Positions 8,526 to 18,980 of a stretch of 64,000 nt of DNA are shown here, in pieces (within the stretch, counting starts at the first letter, position 1; each line of letters opens with the position of its first letter). Source of the stretch: an uncultured Clostridia bacterium (GTDB lineage Bacteria > Bacillota > Clostridia > Christensenellales > UBA1242); NCBI GenBank assembly GCA_947627545.1, contig CANQWK010000008.1, positions 352 through 64,351 of the forward strand, in the 5' to 3' direction. The notes below the pieces were generated by a model. That model did no database searches. It was not told the DNA's origin and saw nothing but the letters and a program-made list of their open reading frames with translations. The position numbers were made by a program, and so were the translations under genes.

Positions 8526-9629
8526 TTAAATTGAATGAGATTTTTTTAAATATTCATTTATAAACGGAGTAAGTTCGCCGTCCATAACCGACTGAACATC
8601 GCTTGTTTCGTAGTCGGTGCGGTGGTCTTTAACCATAGTGTAAGGTTGGAACACATAACTTCTAATTTGGCTACCCCATTCTATGCGTTTTAATTCGCCT
8701 TTTATTTCGTTAAGGTTTTGGCGTTGTTTTTCTTCTTCTAGTGCCACAAGTTTGCTGGTTAAAATTTTCATTGCATTTTCTCGGTTTTGAAGTTGACTTC
8801 GTTCATTTTGGCAGGTAACAACCAAGCCGGTTGGAAGGTGGGTTATTCTAACCGCCGTTTCCACTTTATTAACATTTTGACCACCTGCTCCGCTGCTGCG
8901 ATAAGTGTCTATTCGCAAATCTTCGTTATTAATTTTTACATTTGTTCCATTGCTTATAGAAGGCACAACTTCAACCGATGCAAAACTTGTGTGCCTACGC
9001 TTGTTGCTATCAAAAGGGCTAATTCGCACTAATCTGTGAACACCCATTTCGCCTTTCAATTTGCCGTAAGCGTAATCCCCTTTCAGCCACAAAACCACCG
9101 ATTTCAACCCTGCATCATTGCCTTCAATGCTATCCACAACGCTAAAATCTAATCCGTTTTTGTTAGCGTACATTTTATACATTCTGGCAAGCATAACCAC
9201 CCAATCTTGCGCTTCCGTTCCGCCTGCCCCAGCATGAATTGTTATAATTGCATCATTATTATCATATTTTTCATCCATAAGTGTGCGAACATTAAGGTCA
9301 TCTATTTTTTCTTTTAATGTAAGCATTTCGCTAAACGCAAGGTTCAAAAGTTCAATATCTGGGTTGTTTTCTAAACTTTTAACACTATCTATAAGACCTT
9401 GCAATTCGGCTTGAAGTTTACTTACCGTTTCAAATAAATCTTGAACTGCCTTAATTTCCTTGTTTGTTTGCATGGCATAATCTAAATTGTTCCAAAAAGT
9501 TAAACTTTCTCGCTCTTTCAACAATTTGTTTAACTTTTCCTGCTCCACATCAAGATGCAAACAACTTTTGGTAAGTTCAAACTTGCCAACCAATTTGCTT
9601 AACTCATCACCTATGTTCTCTATATTCAT
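8526..9629 (-). CDS. prfB: Peptide chain release factor 2, encoded in a single frame
   Basis: SPF (RISPFD) and GGQ (SGAGGQNVNK) motifs. The N-terminus aligns across the usual frameshift site with no in-frame stop. The likely start is the ATG at 9627-9629; the ORF track extends to 9656. Confidence 0.9.
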   Translation of the reverse strand: MNIENIGDELSKLVGKFELTKSCLHLDVEQEKLNKLLKERESLTFWNNLDYAMQTNKEIKAVQDLFETVSKLQAELQGLIDSVKSLENNPDIELLNLAFSEMLTLKEKIDDLNVRTLMDEKYDNNDAIITIHAGAGGTEAQDWVVMLARMYKMYANKNGLDFSVVDSIEGNDAGLKSVVLWLKGDYAYGKLKGEMGVHRLVRISPFDSNKRRHTSFASVEVVPSISNGTNVKINNEDLRIDTYRSSGAGGQNVNKVETAVRITHLPTGLVVTCQNERSQLQNRENAMKILTSKLVALEEEKQRQNLNEIKGELKRIEWGSQIRSYVFQPYTMVKDHRTDYETSDVQSVMDGELTPFINEYLKKSHSI

Positions 9630-9720
9630 AAACCTTATTATATCAAAACTAAACATTTTTTACAAATGTTTTTTATTTCTTAATTTATATTTATATTTTT
9701 TGTTTTTATTTGCTTTTCTA

Positions 9721-9749
9721 TGCTACTCTTTTTGCCAAAAAGAGTAGCA
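9721..9749. repeat. Intergenic palindromic element, copy 2 (GCTACTC variant)
   Basis: TGCTACTCTTTTTGCCAAAAAGAGTAGCA. Confidence 0.9.
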
Positions 9750-9985
9750 GAAAATTAATAAATTAAAAAATAAAATAATAAATAAAAATAAAACAACTAA
9801 ATAAAAAATAAAAAGTGAACAATTATGCTCACTTTTTTGTTGTTAAATAACCACCTATTAATAATTCGTACGCAATTACCCTCAGTTCTCCTCTTTAACA
9901 ACAATCCTATATAGGTAATTTTATTATAACTGACCTTATAGGGTCTTGTCAAGTAAAATTAACAATTTTTTGCCATAATAATTTT

Positions 9986-10210
9986 ATGAGAACGAAAGAG
10001 CAAATAATAAAAACATTTGCCGATAGATTAAAAGAATTAATGCAAGAACGAAGCTTAAATAATACAACTTTGGCTACAAAACTCAATTTGCCAAGAACTA
10101 CAATAAATGGTTGGACAGAGTTTAAAAAATTGCCGCGAGTTGACGCTTTGGAAATTGTTGCAGAATTTTTTGGTGTTTCAATAGATTATTTAATAGGGAG
10201 GGAAAATTAA
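9986..10210 (+). CDS. XRE-family HTH transcriptional regulator
   Basis: 74 aa; ...LATKLNLPRTTINGWTE... fits an HTH_3 domain. Confidence 0.65.
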   Translation: MRTKEQIIKTFADRLKELMQERSLNNTTLATKLNLPRTTINGWTEFKKLPRVDALEIVAEFFGVSIDYLIGREN

Positions 10211-10267
10211 GTTTTCTCTTTTTTATTTATTTATTAAATTTTATTTTTGTTTTTATTTGCTTTTCTG

Positions 10268-10297
10268 TGCTACTCTTTTTGCCAAAAAAGAGTAGCA
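10268..10297. repeat. Intergenic palindromic element, copy 3 (GCTACTC variant)
   Basis: TGCTACTCTTTTTGCCAAAAAAGAGTAGCA. Shares about 75 nt with copy 2. Confidence 0.9.
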
Positions 10298-10367
10298 GAA
10301 AATTAAATAAATTAAAAACAAAAGCAAACAAATAATAAATCAAAACAAAAATAAAAAAACTAAAAAA

Positions 10368-12233
10368 TTAAAGTAAATTTTTTAGCTTTAAATAAACTAG
10401 TAGCACACTTATATCGCTTGGGCTAACGCCGTCAATTTGTTTCGCCTGACCAATTGTGGCAGGTTTAAATTTATTTAGTTTTTGCCTTGCCTCAATGCGT
10501 AGGCCTGAAATGGTCGAATAATCAATTTCCGGCAATGGAATATTGTTTGTTTTGTTGTTCTTTTCAATTTGTTCGTTTTCTTTTTTTATATATCCTTCGT
10601 ATTTAATTTCGGTGTTTACATAGTCTAGCACGCTATCTGGAATGTTTAAAAACAAATTAAATTCCTTTTTAACATCAAAAATGGTTATATTGTTACGTTT
10701 AATAACCTCTTTTAAAGTTAGCGAGTTGTTGGTTAAACTTTCGCCTTTTAATAAAAACAACGGCTTTAATTCGCTAGGTTTTTTGCTTTCGTTAAGGGTT
10801 TTAAACACTTCATTAATTTGGCTTAATTTTTGTTTGAAAGTTTTGTATCGTTTATTAGAAACCAAACCTATTTTATGTCCTAATTCTGTCAACCTTATAT
10901 CGCAATTGTCTTGCCTTAAAATTAGCCTATATTCCGCTCTAGATGTCATCATTCGGTAAGGTTCGGTTATATCTTTTGTGGTTAAATCGTCAATAAGCAC
11001 GCCAATATATGCTTCATTTCGGCTAAGCACAAAAGGCGGTTTTTTATCAATATATCGTTCGGCGTTTATTCCTGCCATAATGCCCTGAGCGGCTGCTTCT
11101 TCATAGCCAGATGTTCCGTTAATTTGCCCAGCAAAAAACAATCCGCCATTTTTTTTGCTTTCTAGGTTGTTTTTTAGTTCAAGGGCGTTAATGCAGTCAT
11201 ATTCAATTGCGTAAGCAAACCGCATAATTTTAACCTTTTCAAACCCAGGAATAAGGCTGTACATTTTGCGCTGAATATTTGCAGGCATGCTACTTGAAAT
11301 TCCTTGAACATAAACTTCATCTGTAAGTTTGCTTTCCGGCTCTAGAAAAAGTTGATGACGCTCTTTATCGGCAAACCTCATAATTTTATCTTCAATGCTA
11401 GGGCAATATCTAGGTCCAACACCTACAATTTTGCCAGAATAAAGCGGTGCTTTGTTAATGTTTTTCCTTATATAATTGTGCATTTCTTGGCTAGTGTAAC
11501 CAAGGTAACACGGCATTATGTTTTTAACTTTTTTGCCACTCGCACTAAAACTTAAATTTAAACTATCTCCTGGCTGAATTTCAAACTGCGAATAATCTAT
11601 TGTTTTGCCGTCAACTCGGGCAGGCGTGCCTGTTTTAAAGCGGCGGATTTCAATGCCTAAATCCATTAACGACTTAGTTAAATAAGTGCTTGGCTCGTAG
11701 CCGTTAGGACCGGTTTTTTTTGTAAAATCGCCAATAATAATTTTACTGTTTAAATAAACTCCGGTGGCAACTACAACCGCTTTACATTTAAACACTTCTC
11801 CCATGCTGGTTTTAACGCCAACCACTTTGTTATTTTCGGTTAAAATTTCAGCCACCTCACATTGCAAAATGTCTAAATTTTTTTGCCTTTCAAGAGTGTG
11901 TTTCATCTCATTATGATAAACCACTTTATCTACTTGCGCTCGCAACGATTGAACCGCCGGCCCTTTGCCAGAATTTAACATTCTAATTTGCAACACAGAT
12001 TTATCAGCATTAACACCCATTTCGCCGCCCAAAGCGTCAACTTCGCCAGCCAACTGCCCTTTTGCCGTGCCACCAATTGAAGGATTACATGCCAGAAAAG
12101 CAATACTATCTAAATTAAGCGTGGTTAAAAGGGTTTTTTTGCCTAAGCGTGAAAGAGCCAAACAGGCTTCGCTGCCTGCATGCCCACTGCCAATAACAAT
12201 TGCATCAAATTCTTCAACCACATTTTTTATCAT
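10368..12233 (-). CDS. mnmG: tRNA uridine-5-carboxymethylaminomethyl modification enzyme MnmG (GidA)
   Basis: FDAIVIGSGHAGSEA FAD motif and full-length GidA similarity. The start is chosen at the ATG at 12231-12233; the ORF track runs to 12278. Confidence 0.92.
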   Translation of the reverse strand: MIKNVVEEFDAIVIGSGHAGSEACLALSRLGKKTLLTTLNLDSIAFLACNPSIGGTAKGQLAGEVDALGGEMGVNADKSVLQIRMLNSGKGPAVQSLRAQVDKVVYHNEMKHTLERQKNLDILQCEVAEILTENNKVVGVKTSMGEVFKCKAVVVATGVYLNSKIIIGDFTKKTGPNGYEPSTYLTKSLMDLGIEIRRFKTGTPARVDGKTIDYSQFEIQPGDSLNLSFSASGKKVKNIMPCYLGYTSQEMHNYIRKNINKAPLYSGKIVGVGPRYCPSIEDKIMRFADKERHQLFLEPESKLTDEVYVQGISSSMPANIQRKMYSLIPGFEKVKIMRFAYAIEYDCINALELKNNLESKKNGGLFFAGQINGTSGYEEAAAQGIMAGINAERYIDKKPPFVLSRNEAYIGVLIDDLTTKDITEPYRMMTSRAEYRLILRQDNCDIRLTELGHKIGLVSNKRYKTFKQKLSQINEVFKTLNESKKPSELKPLFLLKGESLTNNSLTLKEVIKRNNITIFDVKKEFNLFLNIPDSVLDYVNTEIKYEGYIKKENEQIEKNNKTNNIPLPEIDYSTISGLRIEARQKLNKFKPATIGQAKQIDGVSPSDISVLLVYLKLKNLL

Positions 12234-12416
12234 AACGATATTATAACACATATAAAAAAATTTTTTAAAAGAAAACAAAAAATTTTTAATAAAACTGACA
12301 GGTTTTGGTTGAAATTTAAAATTTTAGTGGTTTAATAAAAGAAAAGAGTAAAACAACAAAGGTTAAATTAAGAAAATATAAACATTAAAAAATGAAGTTA
12401 AAAAATTGGAGAATAT

Positions 12417-12719
12417 ATGTCAAGAATATATAATGAAAAAATAAAAAGAATGAAAAGATATATTAGCAAGCGTTACACAAAATTATGGCAAAAGTTTTCA
12501 CCTGACGGAACATATATATCAAAATTTGGAGCAATGGTTTCACTTTTTAACAACGGAGTTTTTATTTATTATGACGAAACCACCGACCCCAGCATAGTAC
12601 TAGCACAAATAAAGCAAAAGAACACCAAGTTGGCAATGATAGAAAGTTTAGTTACAAGTTTTTCAAAAAAACAATTAACTCGCCAACAATTAATAGACAC
12701 AATTAGCAGTTTTAACTAA
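12417..12719 (+). CDS. Hypothetical protein
   Basis: 100-aa ORF with a GGAGA RBS. No recognisable motif. Confidence 0.35.
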   Translation: MSRIYNEKIKRMKRYISKRYTKLWQKFSPDGTYISKFGAMVSLFNNGVFIYYDETTDPSIVLAQIKQKNTKLAMIESLVTSFSKKQLTRQQLIDTISSFN

Positions 12720-12950
12720 AAAAATTAATTTTTAATAAATATTTTTAATTTTTTTATTATTTTTTATTATTTTTATATATATTTTTTGTTGTTTTTTATT
12801 TATTTTTTTAATTTTTGCTTATTTTTTATATTTTAATATTTATAACGCTAATTTTAATGGAAAAATTAATTTTTTATTATTTTTAACAATTTTTTATATT
12901 TTTTATGATATTTTTTATATTTTTATTTCAATTTTTAAAATTTTTATTTT

Positions 12951-14288
12951 TTATTTGCCTAAGCAAAATTTGCTAAAAATTCTATCAATAATTGCCTCGT
13001 TAGAGGTTGAGCCAGAAATTTCGCCTAAAGTGGACCAAGCGGCTTTCAATTCATGGCTAACAATATCCATAGTGGAAGTTTTAAAAATTTTAATGGCATT
13101 TTTTATTTGCTTTGTTGCATTTTTTACACACTCTATATGCCTTGCATTTGTTAAATAAAATTTATTGCTATCTATTTTGTTTTTTACTGTAAGGTCAAAA
13201 ATTAGTTGTTTTAATTCGTTTACATTTTTGCCTGTTTTTGCTGAAATTTCAATTGACGGATTTTTTATTTCTTTTAAATTTTCAGTTGTTAATTTATTTT
13301 TATTTGTTTTTATTAAATCTATTTTATTTAACACATCTATACATGGTTTGTTGGTTTTTATGTTGTTTTTATTCTGGTTATCGCTTAAACGCAAAACAAT
13401 GTCGCATTCTTCTAGCGTTCGTTTTGCACGTTCTATGCCTATTTGTTCAACTTTATCTTCGCTTTTATGTATGCCAGCCGTATCGAAAAGCGTAAAAATT
13501 ATTCCGTTAAATTCATATTCCGCCTCAATAATATCTCGCGTAGTGCCTGCGATGTCGGTTACTATGGCTTTATTACTCTTTGTTAGTGCATTAAGCAGGC
13601 TAGATTTTCCTACATTTGGTGCGCCAACTATGGCAACTTTTATGCCATTTTTTATTATAAGGCCTTTTGAACTTTCTATTAACAACTCGTTTAATTCATT
13701 TTCTAAATTGGTTAAATTTTTAAGAATGTTGCTTGTTTCCGCTTGAGTATATTCATATTCGGGGTAGTCTAACTTTGCTTCAATTTCTGCCAAAATGTCG
13801 GTTAAAATTCCTTGATATTTTATTATGTTTTCCTTTAATTTCCCCTGCATTAAATTGCTGCCTGAATTAATTTGCATTTCGGTTTCGGCGTTAATTAAAT
13901 CCATAATTCCTTCGGCCTGGTCTAAACTAAGTTTGCCATTTAAAAAGGCACGTTTAGAAAATTCGCCAGCACCTGCAAGCCTAGCGCCAAACTCAACAAT
14001 TTGCTCTATTATTTTTTGTGCTAATAAATAACCGCCATGACTATGAATTTCGGCAACATTTTCACCTGTAAAACTAAATGGCGAAGCAAAAAACACCACC
14101 AAACATTTATCTACAAACGAACCAGCATAAACCGATTTTAAATACATTTTTCTTGGCTCAAAATTAAGTTTTTGTTTAATTAGTTTTTGCAAAATTTGTT
14201 TAGATTTTTCTCCACTAACTCTAATAACCGCCACCCCACTATTTCCTGGCGGAGTTGCAAGTGCCACAATTGTTTCTTCCATAATCAT
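12951..14288 (-). CDS. mnmE: tRNA modification GTPase MnmE (TrmE)
   Basis: GAPNVGKSSLLN, DTAG and NKID GTPase motifs, plus the C-terminal FCLGK (CxGK) motif. Confidence 0.92.
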   Translation of the reverse strand: MIMEETIVALATPPGNSGVAVIRVSGEKSKQILQKLIKQKLNFEPRKMYLKSVYAGSFVDKCLVVFFASPFSFTGENVAEIHSHGGYLLAQKIIEQIVEFGARLAGAGEFSKRAFLNGKLSLDQAEGIMDLINAETEMQINSGSNLMQGKLKENIIKYQGILTDILAEIEAKLDYPEYEYTQAETSNILKNLTNLENELNELLIESSKGLIIKNGIKVAIVGAPNVGKSSLLNALTKSNKAIVTDIAGTTRDIIEAEYEFNGIIFTLFDTAGIHKSEDKVEQIGIERAKRTLEECDIVLRLSDNQNKNNIKTNKPCIDVLNKIDLIKTNKNKLTTENLKEIKNPSIEISAKTGKNVNELKQLIFDLTVKNKIDSNKFYLTNARHIECVKNATKQIKNAIKIFKTSTMDIVSHELKAAWSTLGEISGSTSNEAIIDRIFSKFCLGK

Positions 14289-14408
14289 CCTTAAATTTAT
14301 TTAATTTTTTATGTTTTCGTTTTCCTTTTTTATAGTTTTTTATGTTTTTAATTTTCTAATTCAATTTAATTTTTTAATTTTATATTTTGCATAATTTTAT
14401 TTACAAAG

Positions 14409-15110
14409 TTATACTGCAAGTTTTCGTTTTAAACGCTCGCTTAACAATTCGTCAAGTTCTAGGCGTAAAAATTGTTTTTCATTTACAAGATTTAAAATTT
14501 CCACAATTTCCGTACACAATTCTTCGTAATTTTCACTTTCTTGTGCATCTAGCAAATGTTCCTTAATTTTATTGAAATAAGTTACATCTTCTTCGTCAAT
14601 AACTTCATTTGCTATTAGCGTTGCAATTTCTTCATTTATTAACCTAAGCAGTTGTTCAACCGACATTATTAACGGATTAATTTTGCCGCTAACCACGTCA
14701 ATTATGTTTTCAACGTCAATTTCTTCGTTGTTTCCTTCGTTTTGTTTAAGTTTGTTATGACTTGCAAAGGCAAGTTCACTAAAAAGTTGATTAGAATTTT
14801 CTATTTTAGATAAATCAATTTTAGACAAACTAAATTTGCGAACAAGGTAATTGCCAAGCCATAAATAGAAAGATTTAAACGATTGTTTAACCGAAGAAAG
14901 CATTTGTTTTTGAATAGAATTAACCGCTTTTTTTTGTTTGCTATTGTTAATAATTTCTATAGAAATAGAAACAAAAATAGCACCAATAAGGCTTGCGCCA
15001 AAACTCATAATAACTTGAAGAATAGGCAAACTAGGATTAATAAAATACAGCCCAATGCACAAACCACACACTAAAGCAAAGCCAATATAAATAAAAAAAC
15101 GAGTTTTCAT
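14409..15110 (-). CDS. Hypothetical membrane protein with an acidic coiled-coil tail
   Basis: Two N-terminal TM helices. The start is chosen at 15108-15110 (MKTRFF), 6 nt downstream of TGTTATAAT. Confidence 0.45.
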   Translation of the reverse strand: MKTRFFIYIGFALVCGLCIGLYFINPSLPILQVIMSFGASLIGAIFVSISIEIINNSKQKKAVNSIQKQMLSSVKQSFKSFYLWLGNYLVRKFSLSKIDLSKIENSNQLFSELAFASHNKLKQNEGNNEEIDVENIIDVVSGKINPLIMSVEQLLRLINEEIATLIANEVIDEEDVTYFNKIKEHLLDAQESENYEELCTEIVEILNLVNEKQFLRLELDELLSERLKRKLAV

Positions 15111-15421
15111 AAAGATATTATAACACAAACACATAAAAAATAAAAACAAATTGATTATTTGTAAAACCTTTAAATTATTTTTTAACTACTTACCTCTTAA
15201 TTATTTTTTTGTTTGCAAGGTTTAATTTAGTTGGTAGATTTTTAAAAACGTTTTCAAAGTTAATTTTATAAATTTTTATAAAAAATTTTTTATTTTATTA
15301 ATGTTAACTTTATAAATTTTCATAAAACGTTTTTCAAATTTTTTAATGTTAATTTAACAAAATGTTTATAATATTAAGTTTTAAATTACAATTATTGTCA
15401 AACATAAAGTTGGAGGTTTTT

Positions 15422-15637
15422 ATGAAAAAGGAAATAACAACCAAAGATTTAATGTCGCTAAACGAAATGATGACGTTTGAAAATTGGATGGCATCAAAAA
15501 TGAAATTTTGCAGTCAATCAGTATCAGAAAAACCATTAAAAACAATGTTTAACGAAATGGCGCAAAAGCACTTAGAAAATCATGAAAAATTGCTAGCATA
15601 TTTGAAAAGCAATTCATTAGAAGGGGGAACAAAATAA
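15422..15637 (+). CDS. Small helical protein paired with the CotF-like gene
   Basis: GGAGG RBS and ATG at 15422. Its stop overlaps the next start (TAATG). Confidence 0.4.
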   Translation: MKKEITTKDLMSLNEMMTFENWMASKMKFCSQSVSEKPLKTMFNEMAQKHLENHEKLLAYLKSNSLEGGTK

Positions 15638-15918
15638 TGGAATTTAACACAAAAAACACCTTACAAGACGCATTAATTGCACATAAATTTTTAATAAATA
15701 TGTATTGTCAATATGGCATAGAATGTTCTAACGAAACCTTACGCTCAATTTTTGCCGAACTTGAAAAAGTTGCCATGCAACACGACCTAAAAATTTTTAA
15801 AATAATGAATGAAAAAGGGTTTTATCCAACCACGTCTGCAGCGGCAAAAGATGTTAAACAAACTTTAACAATGCACACAAAAATGCAAGAAGAATTAGAA
15901 AAAAATTTAAAATCTTAA
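15637..15918 (+). CDS. Spore coat protein F (Coat_F)-like protein
   Basis: DALIAHKFLINMYCQYGIECSNETLRSIF...MNEKGFYPT resembles the Coat_F domain pattern (recalled, not searched). Confidence 0.5.
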   Translation: MEFNTKNTLQDALIAHKFLINMYCQYGIECSNETLRSIFAELEKVAMQHDLKIFKIMNEKGFYPTTSAAAKDVKQTLTMHTKMQEELEKNLKS

Positions 15919-15926
15919 AAAAACAA

Positions 15927-15957
15927 AAAGACTTCGCTTTATTTGGCGAGGTCTTTT
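15927..15957. terminator. Bidirectional terminator hairpin between convergent genes
   Basis: aaagacttcgc...gcgaggtcttt, flanked by an A-run and a T-run. Confidence 0.55.
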
Positions 15958-15982
15958 ACATAAAATTATTACATTAAATAAT

Positions 15983-16741
15983 TTATTTTTTATTGGATTT
16001 TTTTGTTGTGGACTTTTTTAAATTTTCAACATTTTTATTTTGAGATTTTGTTGTTTTTATCTCTTTAGTTGCTGCTTTTTTAGTTTCGTTTTTGGCGGTG
16101 CTTTTTGTTTTTGCATTAGTTTTAATAGTATTTTCAGTTTTAGCAATGTTTTTTGTTTTGTTTGATGTTGTGTTTTTGGTTTCTTTATTTGCTACTTTTT
16201 TTGTTTTGTTTGATGTTGTGTTTTTGGTTTCTTTATTTGCTACTTTTTTTGTTTTATTTTTTGTTGCAGATTTAGTTTTATTTTTAATGTCTGTTTTTGT
16301 TTTACTAGCCTGCTCCTGTTCATGCAAACAAGCACAGTCGCCTGCGCAATATTTCTTTTCGTCAAATGGAATTTTATGCTTTATATAATAATCTTTAATT
16401 GCCGCTTTTATTGCCTCTTCGGCAAGCACCGAGCAGTGAAGTTTATATGCAGGCAAGCCGTCAAGAGCCTCAACCACCGCCTGATTTGTTATTTCTAGTG
16501 CCTTATCTAGCGGTTTTCCTTTTATAAGTTCAGTAGCCATGCTGCTGGTTGCAATTGCACTTCCACAACCAAAAGTCATAAACTTAACATCTGTTATAAT
16601 GTTGTTTTTAACTTTTATATACATACGCATTATGTCCCCACATTTTGCGTTGCCAACTTCACCTATTCCATCGGCGTTTTTTATTTCGCCAACATTGCGC
16701 GGATTTTTAAAATGGTCCATAACTTTTTCGCTATATAACAT
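15983..16741 (-). CDS. nifU: NifU/IscU-type Fe-S cluster scaffold with a K/T-rich repetitive C-terminal tail
   Basis: GNAKCGD, FGCGSAIA and HCSVLA cysteine motifs. The tail contains the exact duplicate KTKKVANKETKNTTSN x2. Confidence 0.85.
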   Translation of the reverse strand: MLYSEKVMDHFKNPRNVGEIKNADGIGEVGNAKCGDIMRMYIKVKNNIITDVKFMTFGCGSAIATSSMATELIKGKPLDKALEITNQAVVEALDGLPAYKLHCSVLAEEAIKAAIKDYYIKHKIPFDEKKYCAGDCACLHEQEQASKTKTDIKNKTKSATKNKTKKVANKETKNTTSNKTKKVANKETKNTTSNKTKNIAKTENTIKTNAKTKSTAKNETKKAATKEIKTTKSQNKNVENLKKSTTKKSNKK

Positions 16742-17915
16742 GTTTTCGTTCTCCTTTTTTTAATTCGTCCCAAACTGGCGACATATTTCTATAATATTCC
16801 ACAATTTTTGGCACGGCTTTTATAACTTCATCAATTTCTTTGGCGGTGTTATACTTGGAAAGTGTTAGTCTAAGCGAGCCGTGAGCAACTTCGTGCGGAC
16901 GGCCAATTGCAAGCAAAACATGGCTTGGGTCTAGCGAGCCGGAGGTACATGCACTGCCTGAAGAAGCACAAATGCCTAAATCGTCTAGCGAAAGCAATAA
17001 ACTTTCACCTTCCACCCCTTCAAAACACAAATTGACATTGTTGCTAAGGCGATTAACTGCATCGCCGTTTAATGCACTGTGCGGAATTTTTGTTAGTTCA
17101 GCAATAAGTTTATCACGCAATTTTGTAAGTTTTTCATTTGTTTTTTTCATATCTTTGCATGCAAGTTCTAGTGCGGTTGCAAGCCCAACGATGTTCGCAA
17201 CACTTTCTGTTCCTGCGCGCTTATTTTTTTCTTGTGCTCCACCTTCAATTAGCGGAAAAATTGGAACGCCTTTTCTTACATACAATGCACCAATTCCTTT
17301 TGGACCGTGAAATTTGTGCGCGGACAAACTTAGCATGTCTATATTCATTTTTTTAACGTCAATTTCAACATGCCCCACGGCCTGAACCGCGTCTGTGTGA
17401 AAAATTATGCCCTTTTCCCTGCAAATTTTTCCAATTTGTTCAATTGGCTGAATAGTTCCTATTTCATTGTTGGCAAACATAATGGTTACCAAACAGGTGT
17501 CTGGGCGAATAGCCTTTTTTAAATCTTCCACCTTAACAATGCCGTTTGAATATACTGGTAAATAAGTTACCTCAAAACCTTCTTTTTCCAATTTATTTAG
17601 TGCGTGCAACACGGCGTGATGTTCAAACGCCGAAGAAATAATGTGTTTTTTATTTTTTAACGCACCAAACCTAGCACACGATGCAATTGCTTGATTATCA
17701 CTTTCGCTGCCGCCCGAAGTAAAAATAATTTCGCTAGCATCTGCACCTAAACATTTAGCAACTTTTTCACGAGAAGTTTCAACCACTTCGCGAGCCATTT
17801 GCCCAAACGAATAAAGGCTAGACGCATTGCCATAATTTTCACAAAAATAAGGTAACATTGCTTTTAAAACAGCGTCATCAACTCTAGTTGTGCCAGCATT
17901 GTCTAAATAAATCAT
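16731..17915 (-). CDS. nifS: Cysteine desulfurase NifS
   Basis: Class V aminotransferase with the SAHKFHGPKG PLP-lysine motif and the SSGSACTS active-site Cys loop. Overlaps nifU. Confidence 0.9.
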   Translation of the reverse strand: MIYLDNAGTTRVDDAVLKAMLPYFCENYGNASSLYSFGQMAREVVETSREKVAKCLGADASEIIFTSGGSESDNQAIASCARFGALKNKKHIISSAFEHHAVLHALNKLEKEGFEVTYLPVYSNGIVKVEDLKKAIRPDTCLVTIMFANNEIGTIQPIEQIGKICREKGIIFHTDAVQAVGHVEIDVKKMNIDMLSLSAHKFHGPKGIGALYVRKGVPIFPLIEGGAQEKNKRAGTESVANIVGLATALELACKDMKKTNEKLTKLRDKLIAELTKIPHSALNGDAVNRLSNNVNLCFEGVEGESLLLSLDDLGICASSGSACTSGSLDPSHVLLAIGRPHEVAHGSLRLTLSKYNTAKEIDEVIKAVPKIVEYYRNMSPVWDELKKGERKHVI

Positions 17916-17971
17916 TTTTTCTCCTTTTTTATTTAAATTTTGTTATTAGTTATTTTAAACTTTTCTTTTCA

Positions 17972-17997
17972 GTTACTTTTCTTGCAAGAAAAGTAAC
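17972..17997. repeat. Intergenic palindromic element, copy 4
   Basis: cttttCAGTTACTTTTCTTGCAAGAAAAGTAACAAAAG. Confidence 0.9.
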
Positions 17998-18121
17998 AAA
18001 AGAATAATTTAAACTAAAACAAAATAAAAACTTAACAATAACTAAAAAACAAATTTAACTTACAATTATATTTTACCACAATTTTTTAATTTTGTATTGT
18101 TTTTATAAAAAATTTTTTAAT

Positions 18122-18664
18122 TTAATTTAAATTCTTGGTTTTCTTAAAATTTTTTATTGATATAATAATTGCCCAAATTACCCCTATAATTGAAAAAATT
18201 ATAGCTGATGATTCAATTATCGACGCAATATATGAACCGTTTAAGGCTAAATAGATTGTTGAAAAAATTGAACTTATTAAAGTTGCTATTTTCATAATCA
18301 AAAAATTTGAAATAGTTAAACTTATTAAAATTAAAAATGAACCAGTAATTGGCAAAATTGAATACCACCCATTCCAACTAAAAATAGAACAAATTATACA
18401 TACAATAAACAAAAATAAACCTGCAATAAGCTTAGATTTGTTGTTACCATTTTTAAGTTCAATAATATAAAAGATTACAAGTCTAAATATATCGAAAACT
18501 GCCACAATTAAAGCAACCATAGCCGACAAAAAATAAAGACTTAAAACATACATTGCACCGCTAACAATTTGAGTTGCAAGCAACCATTTTTTATGTTTAA
18601 TAATAGTGCTTAAGCCATAAAGTACTGAAGATATTGATAAAAATATATATGAAAATATTGTCAT
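18122..18664 (-). CDS. Hypothetical integral membrane protein (about 6 TM; possibly YgjV-like)
   Basis: A highly hydrophobic ORF of about 180 aa. The start ATG lies 6 nt downstream of TGTTATAAT. Confidence 0.45.
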   Translation of the reverse strand: MTIFSYIFLSISSVLYGLSTIIKHKKWLLATQIVSGAMYVLSLYFLSAMVALIVAVFDIFRLVIFYIIELKNGNNKSKLIAGLFLFIVCIICSIFSWNGWYSILPITGSFLILISLTISNFLIMKIATLISSIFSTIYLALNGSYIASIIESSAIIFSIIGVIWAIIISIKNFKKTKNLN

Positions 18665-18736
18665 GTACATATTATAACAATAAAGTAAAAAAAATCAAAT
18701 ATAATTAATAATTTTGTTTTTAACCTTTTCTTTTCA

Positions 18737-18762
18737 TTTGCTTTTTTTGCAAGAAAAGCAAC
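18737..18762. repeat. Intergenic palindromic element, copy 5 (degenerate)
   Basis: tttgctttttttgcaagaaaagcaac. Confidence 0.7.
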
Positions 18763-18822
18763 AAAAAAATTTAACTAAATAAATAATATATTAATAATTA
18801 AAAAATAATTTAATAAAACCCC

Positions 18823-18851
18823 TTGCATTTTTTCAAAATTTATGTTAATAT
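18823..18851 (+). promoter_or_regulatory. Candidate sigma-70 promoter of the rpsF-ssb-rpsR operon
   Basis: TTGCAT (18823-18828), a 17-nt spacer, then TAATAT (18846-18851). This predicts a leader of about 120 nt. Confidence 0.5.
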
Positions 18852-18980
18852 ACATTTGCTTAAAATTTTTATTTTGCAAAATGCATCAACAAAAATTTAA
18901 GCGGCATATTAATAAGTCGAGATAAAAAATATGTTCCTTACCTAACCTATAGTTAGGTCTTATGTCCACAAGGAGGTTTT

